Part shown: positions 8,932-19,752 of the stretch, piece by piece
Layout of the letters: each line of letters opens with the position of its first letter
Numbering within the stretch: the first letter of the stretch is position 1
NCBI GenBank assembly: GCA_043767805.1
Contig: JAYUGC010000014.1
Span: 1-64,000 of the forward strand
Reading direction: 5' to 3'
DNA length: 64,000 nucleotides
Source of the DNA: Pseudomonadota bacterium
GTDB lineage: Bacteria; Bdellovibrionota; FAC87; UBA2466
Notes under the pieces: model-generated
The model's database searches: none
Told to the model about the DNA's origin: nothing
Seen by the model: only the letters and a program-made list of their open reading frames with translations
Translations under genes and position numbers: made by a program

Positions 8932-9066
8932 AATCTCGGCGTGGGCTGGGACAAGAAGGCGAAAAAGATGAAGGACCTGGGCCGCGTGGTCATCTCCAAG
9001 AAGGAAGAAGACACGGGCGCTTTCAAGACGCCTGGCCTTCGTGAGACCACCAAGCACGCGCCTTAC
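8932..9066 (+). pseudogene. Fragment of a di-haem cytochrome c peroxidase/MauG-family gene
   Basis: NLGVGWDKKAKKMKDLGRVVISKKEEDTGAFKTPGLRETTKHAPY matches the family C-terminal D-x-GR...D-x-GAFKTP-x-LR...APY motif; no CxxCH and no upstream coding sequence. Confidence 0.8.
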
Positions 9067-9104
9067 CGCCCCCACGCCCCTGAATTAGGCTGGGCTCGGC
9101 TATA

Positions 9105-9137
9105 TTTACCGGGAATTTAACAAATCTTTAAGAAGCT
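9105..9137 (+). promoter_or_regulatory. Putative Pho box (three 11-bp direct repeats)
   Basis: TTTACCgggaa TTTAACaaatc TTTAAGaagct upstream of phoB. Confidence 0.65.
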
Positions 9138-9176
9138 AGGTTAAACCCTTCAGGCAAGACCTTGAAAGGGAGACCC

Positions 9177-9884
9177 ATGGCCGGCGAGCCCAAGCACTCG
9201 AAAGTCAAAGTCCTCATCATTGAAGACGATCCCGATATCGTTGAGCTTCTCGAGTACAACCTCGAGAGGGACGGGTTTGAGACCGTCACCGCTCGCGACG
9301 GGGAAATCGGCATCCGGGAGGCCGAAAGGTGCCGCCCGGCGGTCATCCTCCTCGACTTGATGTTGCCGCGAGTGGACGGACTCGAAGTGTGCCGGTCCCT
9401 GCGCGGCCGGCCGAGTACCAAAGACATTCCCATCATCATGGTGACGGCCAAAGGCGAAGAGAGCGACATCGTGCTGGGACTCGGCATCGGTGCCGATGAC
9501 TACGTGGTGAAGCCCTTCAGCCCCAAGACCATCAGCGCCCGCATTCGTGCGGTGCTTCGGCGCTCGACTATCCGTAGCCGAGATACCGAGGGAAGTCCCA
9601 TCAGCGTTGGCACCATCTCCATAGATCCGGCCCGCTACGAAGTGACCGTCGAAGGCGAGCCGGTCTCCATGACCCGCGCCGAGTTCCGCCTCCTTTACAC
9701 CTTGGCCTCTCACCGCGGCCGCGTGCTCACCCGGGACCAGTTACTCGATAAGGTAACCGGCGGGGAAAGCATCGTGATCGATCGCAATGTCGACGTGCAT
9801 ATCGGCGCCATCCGCCGTAAGCTCGGCGACCAAAGCGACTTGATCACCACCATCCGTGGTGTCGGGTACAAGATGAAGGACTAA
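9177..9884 (+). CDS. phoB: Phosphate regulon response regulator (OmpR family)
   Basis: Receiver domain (IEDD, LLDLMLP, KPFS) plus winged-helix (RNVDVHI, TIRGVGY); heads the pst operon. Confidence 0.9.
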   Translation: MAGEPKHSKVKVLIIEDDPDIVELLEYNLERDGFETVTARDGEIGIREAERCRPAVILLDLMLPRVDGLEVCRSLRGRPSTKDIPIIMVTAKGEESDIVLGLGIGADDYVVKPFSPKTISARIRAVLRRSTIRSRDTEGSPISVGTISIDPARYEVTVEGEPVSMTRAEFRLLYTLASHRGRVLTRDQLLDKVTGGESIVIDRNVDVHIGAIRRKLGDQSDLITTIRGVGYKMKD

Positions 9885-9889
9885 GGGTT

Positions 9890-11668
9890 TTGTTCCATTC
9901 CCGATTTTACTGGAAGGTCTTTGCTAGCTACGTGGCTTTGGTGGGCGTGACGAGCTGCCTATTGGGCGGCCTCGCTTACCATCGTTTCCAGAAATCGCTT
10001 CATTCCTCCATCGAGCAGGATTTGCGCGGCCAGCTTCAGGCGCTCTCCGCCATGGGCCCGGAAGTTTTCCTAAATCCGTTGCGAGAAAATCTCGAGCTCA
10101 GGTTCAAGGAGCTGGGACGCCAAGCGCATTCGCGCATCACCGCCATCCTTCCCGACGGCACGGTGGTCATGGATACGGAAGCCGATCCGAAAACCATGGA
10201 GAACCACGCTTCCCGGCCGGAAGTGGCGGAAGCCATGAGAAGCGGCGCTTCGCTCATCCGCCGCCATAGCGCCACGCTCGGAAAAGACGAGCTCTATGCT
10301 TCTCAAGCCATTACCCGGGACGGGAAGGTCTTGGGCGTGCTGCGCGTGGCGATGCCCATCGAGGAAGAGCAGCTTCAGCTTTCCGAAATGACTCGCAATC
10401 TTTTGATGGGTGTTTTAATCAGCGTGCTCGCGGCCTTGGGGCTCGGCGCGTGGGTCGCTATTCGCATCACGAAGCCGTTGAACGAGATGCGGGCCGTGGC
10501 TGAAGGCATGCGGGTCGGCGAGTACCATCGCAAGGTGACTGCTTTGCCGAAAAACGAAATTGGGCTGCTGGGCGATACCTTGAATCGGCTTGGGTCCGAG
10601 CTGACGGTGAAGATCAGTAACCTCGCCCATGAAGAAGCCCAGCTCCGCGCGATTCTCTCCGGCATGGTCGAAGGGGTCATCGCCGTCGACAACGGAGACA
10701 CGATTCTCTATCACAACGGCGCGGCCGCTCATCTTCTGGGCCGCGGCGCCGAGGGTGGTCTTTCCGGGAAAAAGATTTGGCAGTACCTGGAGCTTCGGAG
10801 TCTTCGCGAAGTCGTCGAGCTCGTGCGGCTACGCAAGCAATCGGTGGAACGGGAAATCCAGCTCACGCTCGAAGGCGGCGATAGGGTGCTCAACCTGCAC
10901 GCCGCTCCCTTTGAAAGTTCGGTGTCGAACGGCGTCATCCTGGTCTTGGACGACATCACCGACCTGAGGCGGCTCGAGGGCGTGCGCCGGGATTTCGTCG
11001 CCAACGTGTCTCACGAGCTGAAGACGCCGCTCACGTCGATAAAAGGGTACGTGGAGACCCTTCTCGAAGGAGCGCTTCACGACGAGAAGTACAACACCCG
11101 CTTTCTCGAAAAGATTCACAAGCACGTGGGGCATCTTACCGATCTCGTGCAAGATCTCTTGGCGCTCGGCGAGATCGAGTCGGAGACGCGTAAGCTTCTC
11201 TTGGCGCCCGTCGATTTGAGCCAGACTGTCGACGAAGTCGTGAGCCGGTACGAGTTGGAGATCACCCGCAAGAAGCTCGTCTGCCGCAAGGAAGCTTCCT
11301 CGAACGTTCGCGTGATGGGGGAGAGTGGGGCGCTTTACCAAATCGCGAGCAATCTCGTTTCCAACGCCATCAAATACACGCCGGAGGGCGGAAGCGTTCT
11401 AGTGCGTTGCTATGAGAAGGATCGCTTCGGCTGTTTCGAAGTGGTCGATACCGGAGTCGGCATTCCCGAAAAGGATCTTCCCCGCATCTTCGAGCGCTTC
11501 TATCGGGTGGACAAAGCCCGGTCCCGGGATGTGGGCGGTACCGGTCTCGGACTTTCCATCGTAAAGCATTTAGTCAGCGCGATGAATGGAGAAATCCGTG
11601 TCGAGAGCCGTCTCGGAGGCGGCAGTAAATTCACCGTCCGCTTGCCCCTAAGTGCTGAGACTGCCTGA
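9890..11668 (+). CDS. phoR: Phosphate regulon sensor histidine kinase
   Basis: Two TMs, HAMP, PAS, DFVANVSHELKTPL, ERFYRVDKARSRDVGGTGLGLSIVKH. Confidence 0.92.
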   Translation: MFHSRFYWKVFASYVALVGVTSCLLGGLAYHRFQKSLHSSIEQDLRGQLQALSAMGPEVFLNPLRENLELRFKELGRQAHSRITAILPDGTVVMDTEADPKTMENHASRPEVAEAMRSGASLIRRHSATLGKDELYASQAITRDGKVLGVLRVAMPIEEEQLQLSEMTRNLLMGVLISVLAALGLGAWVAIRITKPLNEMRAVAEGMRVGEYHRKVTALPKNEIGLLGDTLNRLGSELTVKISNLAHEEAQLRAILSGMVEGVIAVDNGDTILYHNGAAAHLLGRGAEGGLSGKKIWQYLELRSLREVVELVRLRKQSVEREIQLTLEGGDRVLNLHAAPFESSVSNGVILVLDDITDLRRLEGVRRDFVANVSHELKTPLTSIKGYVETLLEGALHDEKYNTRFLEKIHKHVGHLTDLVQDLLALGEIESETRKLLLAPVDLSQTVDEVVSRYELEITRKKLVCRKEASSNVRVMGESGALYQIASNLVSNAIKYTPEGGSVLVRCYEKDRFGCFEVVDTGVGIPEKDLPRIFERFYRVDKARSRDVGGTGLGLSIVKHLVSAMNGEIRVESRLGGGSKFTVRLPLSAETA

Positions 11669-11679
11669 TTTTCCCTTCC

Positions 11680-11712
11680 TTTAACCGGCCTTTTTAGAAT
11701 CTTTACAATCCA
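11680..11712 (+). promoter_or_regulatory. Putative Pho box upstream of pstS
   Basis: TTTAACcggcc TTTTTAgaatc TTTACAatcca, 11-bp period, same motif as upstream of phoB. Confidence 0.6.
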
Positions 11713-11775
11713 ACGGTACACCTACGCGGTATATAAACGCACGTTTTGCCGCAATGCACTAAAAGGAGTCCGCTT

Positions 11776-12699
11776 ATGATACGTTTTGCGTTCCTCGCTC
11801 TCGCCTTGGCCGCGTTGGCCAATCAACCTGTTCGCGCCGCCGAATTGTCGGGCGCCATCCGAGTCGATGGTTCTTCCACGGTTTACCCCATCACCTCGGC
11901 CCTGGCGGAGGAGTTCGGAAAAGGATCCGATTCGAAGAACGTCCGCGTGACCGTCGGTAACTCCGGTACGGGTGGTGGCTTCAAGAAATGGTGCCTCGGT
12001 GAAACCGACATCAACGATGCCTCTCGGCCCATCTCCGAAAAAGAAGAAGCCTGCGCGAAAGAGCACGGTATCACCTACTTGAAGATCCCCGTCGCTTACG
12101 ACGGCATCACGGTCATCGTCAGCCAAAAGAACAAGTTCTTGAAGCAAATCACTTTCGCGCAGCTCAAAAAGATTTGGGAGCCCGAGAGCACCGTGAAGAA
12201 CTGGAACGATGTGGACGCGTCTTGGCCCAAGGAAGCCATCAAGCTCTTCGGCCCCACCACCGACCACGGTACCTTTGACTATTTCACCGAAGAAGTCGTC
12301 GGCAAGGCGCGCGCGAGCCGTTCCGATTACCTGGCCAGCAAGACCGAGATGATCGCGACCGGCGTGCAGAGCACCCAGTTCGCTCTAGGTTACGAAGGCT
12401 ACGCGAACTTCTTGGAGAGCAAAGGCACGCTCACGGCGGTTCCCGTCGACAGCGGCAAGGGCGCCGTTGCGCCCAACGCCAAGACCATCGAGAACGGTAC
12501 GTACCCCCTCTCTCGCCAGATCTTCATCTATGTGAGCAGCAAGGCCGCGACCCGTCCCGAAGTGCAGGCCTTCGTGCGCTTCTACTTGGCCAAGGCGCCG
12601 GAAATCGTCCAGCAGGTCGGTTACGTCGCCTTGAAAGCCGCGGATTACAAGAAGTCCTTGCAGGCGTTCGAAAAGCTCGCCAACGCGAAAGCCGAGTAA
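11776..12699 (+). CDS. pstS: Phosphate ABC transporter substrate-binding protein
   Basis: Signal peptide; [36 protein letters not shown]. Confidence 0.95.
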   Translation: MIRFAFLALALAALANQPVRAAELSGAIRVDGSSTVYPITSALAEEFGKGSDSKNVRVTVGNSGTGGGFKKWCLGETDINDASRPISEKEEACAKEHGITYLKIPVAYDGITVIVSQKNKFLKQITFAQLKKIWEPESTVKNWNDVDASWPKEAIKLFGPTTDHGTFDYFTEEVVGKARASRSDYLASKTEMIATGVQSTQFALGYEGYANFLESKGTLTAVPVDSGKGAVAPNAKTIENGTYPLSRQIFIYVSSKAATRPEVQAFVRFYLAKAPEIVQQVGYVALKAADYKKSLQAFEKLANAKAE

Positions 12700-12721
12700 C
12701 GGGCGAAAAGGACATAGCATC

Positions 12722-13642
12722 GTGGAATCATCAGCATTCGGAGAGGGCGGGCAAGGACTGGGAAGGCGGCGGCTGGAGTCCGTCATTCATCTCATTCTTT
12801 TCAGTTGTGCCTTCCTCTCCGTGCTGACCACGGCCGGGATCATCTGGGTTCTTTTCAGCGACGCTCTCGATTTTTTCAAGAATGTTTCCGTCTGGGACTT
12901 TACCTTCGGTACCCGCTGGGCGCCGATTCTTGAGCCGCAGAGTTTTGGAGTGTTGCCGCTCCTCTGGGGCACCTTGCAGATCGCCATTGGCTCCTCGCTC
13001 ATCGCGATTCCGCTGGGCCTCGCCTGCGCGATCTTTCTCAGCGAGTACGCTTCCGATCGCACGCGGCTCATCGTAAAGCCGGTGCTGGAAATCCTCGCGG
13101 GCATTCCCACGGTGGTCTACGGGTACTTCGGCGTCACCACCGTCACTCCGTTTCTCGCGAAAATGTTCCCCTCCATCGAAGTGTTCAATGCGGCCAGTGC
13201 TTCCATCGTGGTGGGCATCATGGTGCTTCCCATGATCGCTTCCCTCGCGGACGATGCGCTGCGGGCGGTGCCGAAATCCCTGCGCTACGCAGGCTACGCA
13301 CTTGGCGCGACCAAGGCCGAAGTTTCCTTGAGCATCGTGGTGCCGGGAGCACTTTCGGGAATCTTGGCGTCCTTCGTCCTCGCGGTCTCCCGCGCGGTCG
13401 GCGAGACCATGGCGGTGACTCTCGCCGCCGGCTCCAATCCCAGAATGTCTTTGAATTTTTTGGAGAGCATCCAGACCATGACGGGGTTTATGGTTCAGGT
13501 GAGCATGGGCGACGTCGCCGCCGGTTCCATTGAGTACCAAACGCTTTTCGCGGTCGGTCTCGCGCTTTTCGGAATGACGCTGATGATGAACCTTCTCTCT
13601 CACTGGGTTGTGAGACGGTTCTCTCAGTACCCACAGGTTTGA
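12722..13642 (+). CDS. pstC: Phosphate ABC transporter permease
   Basis: [28 protein letters not shown]. Confidence 0.95.
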   Translation: MESSAFGEGGQGLGRRRLESVIHLILFSCAFLSVLTTAGIIWVLFSDALDFFKNVSVWDFTFGTRWAPILEPQSFGVLPLLWGTLQIAIGSSLIAIPLGLACAIFLSEYASDRTRLIVKPVLEILAGIPTVVYGYFGVTTVTPFLAKMFPSIEVFNAASASIVVGIMVLPMIASLADDALRAVPKSLRYAGYALGATKAEVSLSIVVPGALSGILASFVLAVSRAVGETMAVTLAAGSNPRMSLNFLESIQTMTGFMVQVSMGDVAAGSIEYQTLFAVGLALFGMTLMMNLLSHWVVRRFSQYPQV

Positions 13643-13665
13643 TGGACGATAAAAGAGGAAAGCCC

Positions 13666-14682
13666 ATGTCCGATGGATCCAAAGTAGAATTGACGTTGAC
13701 CCCGAGAATTCTGTTCAAGGCTTTGCCGCAGCGTCCCCATGCGGCCCGCGAATCAGAGGTGGCGGTAACCGTGCCGGTGGTAAAACAAGAGAAAATCCAG
13801 CTGACTGCGACGAACGGGCAGTTCCGGCCTCGCTTGGGCTGGCGCCGTTTTAAGGCCCGAGTCTTCTCGTTGGTGGTAGCGGGTGCCGTGACCCTCGGCA
13901 TCCTTTCGCTCTGTTTTCTAATGATGGAGGTCTTTCTCCAAGGCGGGGAATCGCTCAGCTGGTCCTTTCTAACGAGCTTTCCTTCTCGTTTCCCCGAGAA
14001 GGCCGGTCTTTACTCGGCGTTCGTCGGTACCCTTTGGTCGATGGCTCTCACTGCTCTCTTCTCCGTGCCTTTGGGCGTCGGGGCGGCGCTCTATCTCGAA
14101 GAGTACGTGAAGCGCGGTCGGCTATCGCAGTTCATCGAGATCAACATAGCGAACCTCGCGGGCGTGCCTTCGATCATCTACGGTCTTTTGGGACTGGTGG
14201 TCTTCGTGCGCTTGGCCTCACTCGGGCGTAGTGTCATCGCGGGCTCCTTGACCCTGACGCTGCTCATTTTGCCGGTCATCATCGTTGCGTCTCGCGAAGC
14301 GCTGCGAGGCGTTCCGACTGCCATCCGCCAAGCGGCATATGCCTTGGGCGCGACTAAATGGCAAACCCTCTGGGCGCACGTTCTGCCGGCCGCGACTCCC
14401 GGCATTCTGACGGGAGTCATTCTCTCTCTGTCCCGCGCCATGGGAGAGACGGCGCCTCTCATCGTCATCGGAGCGGTCGCCTACGTGGCCTTCCTTCCGG
14501 ACGGCCTGACCTCGGCTTTCACCGTGCTCCCCATTCAGATTTACGATTGGACGTCTCGTCCGCAGGAGTCTTTTCACGCGCTGGCCGCCGGCGGCATCCT
14601 CGTCTTGCTTGTGGTGCTGCTCTCCATGAACGCAGTCGCGATTGTGATTCGTAACCGGTATCAAAGGAAGTTTCGATGGTAA
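13666..14682 (+). CDS. pstA: Phosphate ABC transporter permease
   Basis: [25 protein letters not shown]; start position uncertain. Confidence 0.95.
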   Translation: MSDGSKVELTLTPRILFKALPQRPHAARESEVAVTVPVVKQEKIQLTATNGQFRPRLGWRRFKARVFSLVVAGAVTLGILSLCFLMMEVFLQGGESLSWSFLTSFPSRFPEKAGLYSAFVGTLWSMALTALFSVPLGVGAALYLEEYVKRGRLSQFIEINIANLAGVPSIIYGLLGLVVFVRLASLGRSVIAGSLTLTLLILPVIIVASREALRGVPTAIRQAAYALGATKWQTLWAHVLPAATPGILTGVILSLSRAMGETAPLIVIGAVAYVAFLPDGLTSAFTVLPIQIYDWTSRPQESFHALAAGGILVLLVVLLSMNAVAIVIRNRYQRKFRW

Positions 14683-15455
14683 CCGATAACGCCGCCTTCA
14701 AGTTCGAGAACCCCGTGCTCGCGACACGGAACTTAAGCATCCGGTACGGAGCCCGGCCCGCGGTGAAGGACGTGACGCTGGACATTCCGGCGCACGCCAT
14801 TACGGCTATCATCGGGCCGTCGGGTTGCGGGAAGAGCACTTTCCTGCGCACCTTCAACCGCATGAATGATTTTATCGACGGTGTCGGCATCGACGGCGAC
14901 GTGCTCTTTCAGGGCCGTGATATTTTCGCCAAGGGCCTCGATCCGGTGGAAGTGCGCCGTCGCATCGGCATGGTTTTCCAGAAGCCGAACCCGTTTCCGG
15001 GCTCCATTTACAAGAACGTGTCTTGGGGACCGCAGATCAACGGCTACAAGGGCAATCTCGATGAGCTCGTCGAGCGGTGCCTGACCAAGGCCGCCCTTTG
15101 GAACGAAGTGAAGGACAAGCTCAACGAGAGCGGTCTCGCGCTCTCTGGCGGCCAGCAGCAGCGCCTTTGCATCGCGCGGGCCATCGCTATGGATCCGGAA
15201 GTGATTTTGTTCGACGAGCCTTGCTCGGCGCTCGATCCGGCTTCCACCGCTAAAATCGAAGAGCTCATCTTGGAGCTCAAGGAGCGCTACACCATTGTCA
15301 TCGTCACGCACAACATGCAGCAGGCGGCGCGCCTTTCGGACTACACCGCCTTTTTCTGTCAGGGGTTTTTGGTGGAATTTGGGGCCACTAAGGACATTTT
15401 CACGGCACCGAAAAAGCGCGAGACGGAAGACTACGTAACCGGCCGATTCGGGTGA
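14676..15455 (+). CDS. pstB: Phosphate ABC transporter ATP-binding protein
   Basis: [37 protein letters not shown]. Confidence 0.97.
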   Translation: MVTDNAAFKFENPVLATRNLSIRYGARPAVKDVTLDIPAHAITAIIGPSGCGKSTFLRTFNRMNDFIDGVGIDGDVLFQGRDIFAKGLDPVEVRRRIGMVFQKPNPFPGSIYKNVSWGPQINGYKGNLDELVERCLTKAALWNEVKDKLNESGLALSGGQQQRLCIARAIAMDPEVILFDEPCSALDPASTAKIEELILELKERYTIVIVTHNMQQAARLSDYTAFFCQGFLVEFGATKDIFTAPKKRETEDYVTGRFG

Positions 15456-15466
15456 AGAGGGGATAA

Positions 15467-16192
15467 ATGTCGAAGCACTTACATCACAGCATGGACGAGC
15501 TCAAAAAGAACGTTCTCATGCTGGGGAGCCTGGTCGAAGAGTCAATCGAGAGCGGCGCGAAGGCCTTGCGAGAGCAGGATGCCCGGCTCGGCGCCATGGT
15601 CGCGGCCGACGATGACGCCATCGACGATATGGAGCTACTCATCGAAGATGAGTGCCTGAAGCTTCTCGCTCTCTATCAGCCTGTGGCCGAAGACCTGCGA
15701 TTTTTGTGCGCGGTCATGAAGATCAATAACGATCTGGAACGTCTAGGGGACCTCGCGGCGAGTATGGCTCGCCGGGGCGGCCGCATCGGCCAGTTACTTC
15801 CGCTGGAATTGGTCGAACAGTTCGATACGATGGCTCGCGAAGTGATCCGCATGCTCCGCAACGTGCTGCAAGCGTTCGTCGAGCGCGATCCGGGCGCGGC
15901 TCGGCTCGTCGTCAAGTACGACGACACGGTCGACGTCCTTCATCGCAATATGATCGAAAAAGTCATCGCCTTCATGAAGCTGAACCCTTTGCACGTGGAA
16001 GCGGGCGTGCATTTGGTGTGGGTGTCGAGAAACCTCGAGCGCATCGCCGATCACATCACCAACATCGCCGAAGACATTGTGTACATGGTCGAGGGGGAGA
16101 CGATTCGGCATCGGTTGCGAGGCCCGCGCGCGGAGGGACCGCCGTCCAGCCCCAAATCGAAAGTGCTGACGCTCAAATCACCGGAACGATAA
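15467..16192 (+). CDS. phoU: Phosphate signalling protein
   Basis: QPVAEDLR, DLERLGD, LERIADHITNIAE. Confidence 0.95.
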   Translation: MSKHLHHSMDELKKNVLMLGSLVEESIESGAKALREQDARLGAMVAADDDAIDDMELLIEDECLKLLALYQPVAEDLRFLCAVMKINNDLERLGDLAASMARRGGRIGQLLPLELVEQFDTMAREVIRMLRNVLQAFVERDPGAARLVVKYDDTVDVLHRNMIEKVIAFMKLNPLHVEAGVHLVWVSRNLERIADHITNIAEDIVYMVEGETIRHRLRGPRAEGPPSSPKSKVLTLKSPER

Positions 16193-16642
16193 TTACCAGT
16201 GGGAGAGCTCCCAGGGATCGGAGGGCTCGCCCTTCCGGCTGCGGACCCGAAAGCACGCTGAAATTTCTTCCGGAATGCGCCGAGGGGTGCCCCGTTTCAA
16301 GTCGACGAAAGCCCAAATGGTTTCACCGCGCGCGATTTTTTGCGGCACCGGCTCCAGGCGCCAGACTTCGTAGCGGCGCAGGCTTCTCGCAGGGCTCATG
16401 TCCTCGACCCAAGTGCGGACCTTCAAACTATCTCCGACGTTTGCTTGGCTTAGGTACGCCACGTGATGAGAGCGCACCATGAAGGCTGCGCCGAAGGCGA
16501 CGTAACGCTCGAGGGGCCAGCCTTGGGCGGCGGAATGAGCGATGGCCGCGGTCTGCAACCAGTCCACGAAGGCGACGTTACTCGCGTGACCCAGGCCATC
16601 GGCTTCGGCCGCGGTCACCGTGTGAGTCCATTCGAAGTACAT
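16193..16642 (-). CDS. Acyl-CoA thioesterase (4HBT/YbgC hot-dog fold)
   Basis: DGLGHASNVAFVDW motif; WAFVD...PRRIP. Confidence 0.85.
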   Translation of the reverse strand: MYFEWTHTVTAAEADGLGHASNVAFVDWLQTAAIAHSAAQGWPLERYVAFGAAFMVRSHHVAYLSQANVGDSLKVRTWVEDMSPARSLRRYEVWRLEPVPQKIARGETIWAFVDLKRGTPRRIPEEISACFRVRSRKGEPSDPWELSHW

Positions 16643-16673
16643 GCGCCCAAAGTCGGGCGGCGGCGGCGCTCTG

Positions 16674-18245
16674 TCAAGGCGCCGAGGCCAGCGAGCGGGC
16701 GAGGGGCCAGGGGTAAGGCGACGGGAGACTCATCTGGCGAGGTTCAAAGCTGACTCGCACGGGAAGAGGGATGTCCCTTTTACCGACGCGGACCACGAGC
16801 TGAAGGGTGTCGTTTCTCGGAGGCAGGGAATAGGGAATCGCTCTGCCGCGGAAGTTCCAGGTGATGGGTGACGGGCTCCACTGGGACTCTCCAACGGCGA
16901 GCTGGGGGGCGAGAGGGAAAGGTTTTCCTCCCAGCGTCAGCCACACCTTGGAATATTTCTCCTTCGCCAGGAAATGAAAGCCTTCTTTCCACCGCAGCCG
17001 GCCGACGGGAAGCGTAAGCTCGTTTTTCGCGAGGGGAATGAAAACGCCCATGAAATCGTTGTGGCGATGGATGTGCCCTATCGGAAAGCGAGCGCGCGTT
17101 CCGGGCGTCGCCACTACGAGCTCCGCGAGGAGATCTTTTTTGAGGGGAGTCGCGAGCTCCAGATAACGGAAAGGATCCAGCGCAACGAGCGAGACCGGCG
17201 CCGTTCGCGGGAGCCTCTCGGGCGGGTCTAACGTGCCTAAGTGGGAGTCGCCGCCGAAGATATGCCACCGCTTATCCGCTTCCGGCCAGGGCGTCCCATT
17301 GCCATAGAGGGGGGCCAGCTCACCTTTCAGGAGGGAAACCGAGAACGATTTATCTCCCATCAAATAGTGAAAGAGCTCTTTGGCCCGTGCCTGATTTCCC
17401 AAGGAGGAAAGATGCACGGCGGAGCTACGGTACACTTTAGGCAGTGGCTCGAGCTGACTTTCGAAGAAGGGAATATTAAAATGCCGTAGCCGTGCCTCAA
17501 GGTCTGGCATGCCTTGCCTCGGAAAATAGACGCTCAGATGCGCGGCTTCCTGGTTCCAGCGCACAAGAAGTCGCCTCACCACTTCTTCCGCCTCCTGTTT
17601 CGGATCGGGCCGGTAGTAGAAGGGATTGGTCACCAGATCGGGAAAGAATTTCTTCAAGAGCGGCGGGACGCGCGTGTCGTAGCGGAAATAGTTCCACCGA
17701 GGCACGAGGGAATGATAGATGGCTTCGGCCTCGCTCGGCGTCTCGCCGATGGGGCGAACGGCTCTCAAGCCGTTTCCGCTCAAGACGAATCGTCCGTGCA
17801 TGCCGCCGTTGCCTTGAAAGTGTGTCTCGCGATCGCGGTAGATCTGAGGGAGCATGACCACCACGTGATCGAGCTCCATGCGTTTTCCGATAGCTTGCCA
17901 AAGCAGATAAGAATATTGCAGGGACGCGCTGCCAAATCCGAACCCCAAAACTTCCACGTTGGTATGACCGCTCGCTTTGAGCAGCTCTTGCAGATGCGTG
18001 GGGACGTCTTCCGACTGACCCACTTCGGAAGTGGTCGCGACGGAAGGGCCGAAGATTCCGATGCGAATGCGCCCCGCGGGTTTGGGCGTTTGGCGGCGCG
18101 TGTAACTTACTCGTCCGCCGGCGTAAGGCGTATGCGCGGCCCCGAGCCAGACGACTCGGTCCGGATCGATTTTTGGCAGGATAATGGTTGGCGACTGCCC
18201 GACGGCAGTTAGCAACATCATCCCTAATAGGAGCCAAGCGCGCAT
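16674..18245 (-). CDS. Secreted SGNH-hydrolase-like protein with C-terminal extension
   Basis: Signal peptide; RIGIFGPS (block I), VEVLGFGFG (block II), AVHLSSLGN (block V). Confidence 0.55.
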   Translation of the reverse strand: MRAWLLLGMMLLTAVGQSPTIILPKIDPDRVVWLGAAHTPYAGGRVSYTRRQTPKPAGRIRIGIFGPSVATTSEVGQSEDVPTHLQELLKASGHTNVEVLGFGFGSASLQYSYLLWQAIGKRMELDHVVVMLPQIYRDRETHFQGNGGMHGRFVLSGNGLRAVRPIGETPSEAEAIYHSLVPRWNYFRYDTRVPPLLKKFFPDLVTNPFYYRPDPKQEAEEVVRRLLVRWNQEAAHLSVYFPRQGMPDLEARLRHFNIPFFESQLEPLPKVYRSSAVHLSSLGNQARAKELFHYLMGDKSFSVSLLKGELAPLYGNGTPWPEADKRWHIFGGDSHLGTLDPPERLPRTAPVSLVALDPFRYLELATPLKKDLLAELVVATPGTRARFPIGHIHRHNDFMGVFIPLAKNELTLPVGRLRWKEGFHFLAKEKYSKVWLTLGGKPFPLAPQLAVGESQWSPSPITWNFRGRAIPYSLPPRNDTLQLVVRVGKRDIPLPVRVSFEPRQMSLPSPYPWPLARSLASAP

Positions 18246-18294
18246 TCGATCTCCCGCCGACTCGTGCCCATCTTGGGGTCGGCCTCAACTCTAC

Positions 18295-18321
18295 TTATCG
18301 GCGTTGCGTTATTATTCTTTA
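18295..18321 (-). promoter_or_regulatory. sigma-28 (FliA) promoter
   Basis: Minus strand TAAA-GAATAATAACGCAAC(15)-GCCGATAA, exact consensus. Confidence 0.8.
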
Positions 18322-18372
18322 GGCGAGGGTGGTCGACTCGCCGATCGGAGGGGACTGTGCTAAGAGGTTGAG

Positions 18373-19740
18373 GTGGGTAAACCCTCGGAAATCTTGGTAG
18401 TAGGCGGCGGTCTGGTGGGCTCGCTCCTAGCCGTGTATCTCAGGCGGCGGGGATTCGGAGTCGAAGTCCGGGAACGCCGCGCCGATCCTCGTTTGGCCAA
18501 GGTCGACGAAGGCCGCAGCATCAACCTCGTGGTCACCTCCCGCGGCATCGCGGGGCTCGAGCGCGTGGGACTCTGGGAACCGGTGAAGGCGATGTCGGTT
18601 ACCGTGCGCGGGCGCAGCCTGCACGCGGCCGATGGGACGCGCGCGTTTCAGCCGTATGGGCGCGACGATTCCGAAGTAAACTATTCCGTCTCTCGCGGAG
18701 AACTAAATCGTTTCTTGGTGGAGACCGCGGAAAAGGAGGGCGCGCGCTTCTTGTTCTCGCAACGTTTCGCCGGACGAAGAGACGGGCTCTGGCGTTTTGA
18801 GACCCCGCAAGGGGACGCTTATTCGAGTCATCCGACTATCATCGGAACCGACGGCGCGGGCTCCCAGGTCCGCGCCGAGATGGAGCGCACCGGAGTGTGC
18901 GGCGCCGTCCAGGACATTCTCGAGTACGGGTACAAAGAATTTTTCATCGCCGCGGGTAAAGGCGGCGCGTATCAGCTCGACGCTTCCGCGCTCCATATCT
19001 GGCCCCGCGGAAATTTCATGATGATGGCGCTCCCGAACCGCGCGGGAAGCTTTACCGTGACGCTCTATCTTCCCAACGAAGGCACCGTGAGTTTCGCGAG
19101 TCTCGCCGCTCCGGGCGCCATGACGAAGTTTTTCGAAAAGCAGTTCCCGGACGCGCTTAACCTCGTCGATGACCTCGAGGGCACTAACGCGAAAAATCCC
19201 GTGGGCACGCTATTGACGGTACGCTGCGATCGGTGGCACCGGGGCGGAGATACGTTGCTCCTGGGAGACGCCGCGCACGCCATCGTTCCCTTCTTCGGAC
19301 AAGGCATGAACTCCGGCTTCGAGGATCTCCTGATCCTCGACGATTACGTGAAGCTCTGGGGCCCGGATTGGGGCTCGGTCTTTCCGGAAGTGTTCGCCAA
19401 GCGTAAGCCTAATACGGACGCCATCGCCGACATGGCTTTGCAGAATTTCGTCGAGATGCGGGACAAGGTCGGAGACAAAGCTTTTCTGCTGCGCAAGGCA
19501 GTCGAAGCGGGTCTCGAAAAGCGGTTCCCGGCGAAGTACCGCACCCGGTACGCGCTCGTGGCTTATAGCCTCGTGCCCTACGCGGAAGCGCTGGAAGCGG
19601 GTAAGATTCAAGAATCTGTTTTGGAAGAGCTCTGTCGCGGCCTGAGCTCCGCGGATGCGGTCGATTGGGCGAAAGCGGAACGGCTCATCGACGAGCGGCT
19701 CGTGCCTTTTTGGAAGGCGCGAGCCATCACGTGGAACTGA
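18373..19740 (+). CDS. kmo: Kynurenine 3-monooxygenase
   Basis: GGGLVG, GRSINL, LHIWPRGNFMMMALPN, GDAAHAIVPFFGQGMN, NFVEMRD. Confidence 0.93.
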   Translation: MGKPSEILVVGGGLVGSLLAVYLRRRGFGVEVRERRADPRLAKVDEGRSINLVVTSRGIAGLERVGLWEPVKAMSVTVRGRSLHAADGTRAFQPYGRDDSEVNYSVSRGELNRFLVETAEKEGARFLFSQRFAGRRDGLWRFETPQGDAYSSHPTIIGTDGAGSQVRAEMERTGVCGAVQDILEYGYKEFFIAAGKGGAYQLDASALHIWPRGNFMMMALPNRAGSFTVTLYLPNEGTVSFASLAAPGAMTKFFEKQFPDALNLVDDLEGTNAKNPVGTLLTVRCDRWHRGGDTLLLGDAAHAIVPFFGQGMNSGFEDLLILDDYVKLWGPDWGSVFPEVFAKRKPNTDAIADMALQNFVEMRDKVGDKAFLLRKAVEAGLEKRFPAKYRTRYALVAYSLVPYAEALEAGKIQESVLEELCRGLSSADAVDWAKAERLIDERLVPFWKARAITWN

Positions 19741-19752
19741 AAAGGACGACCG

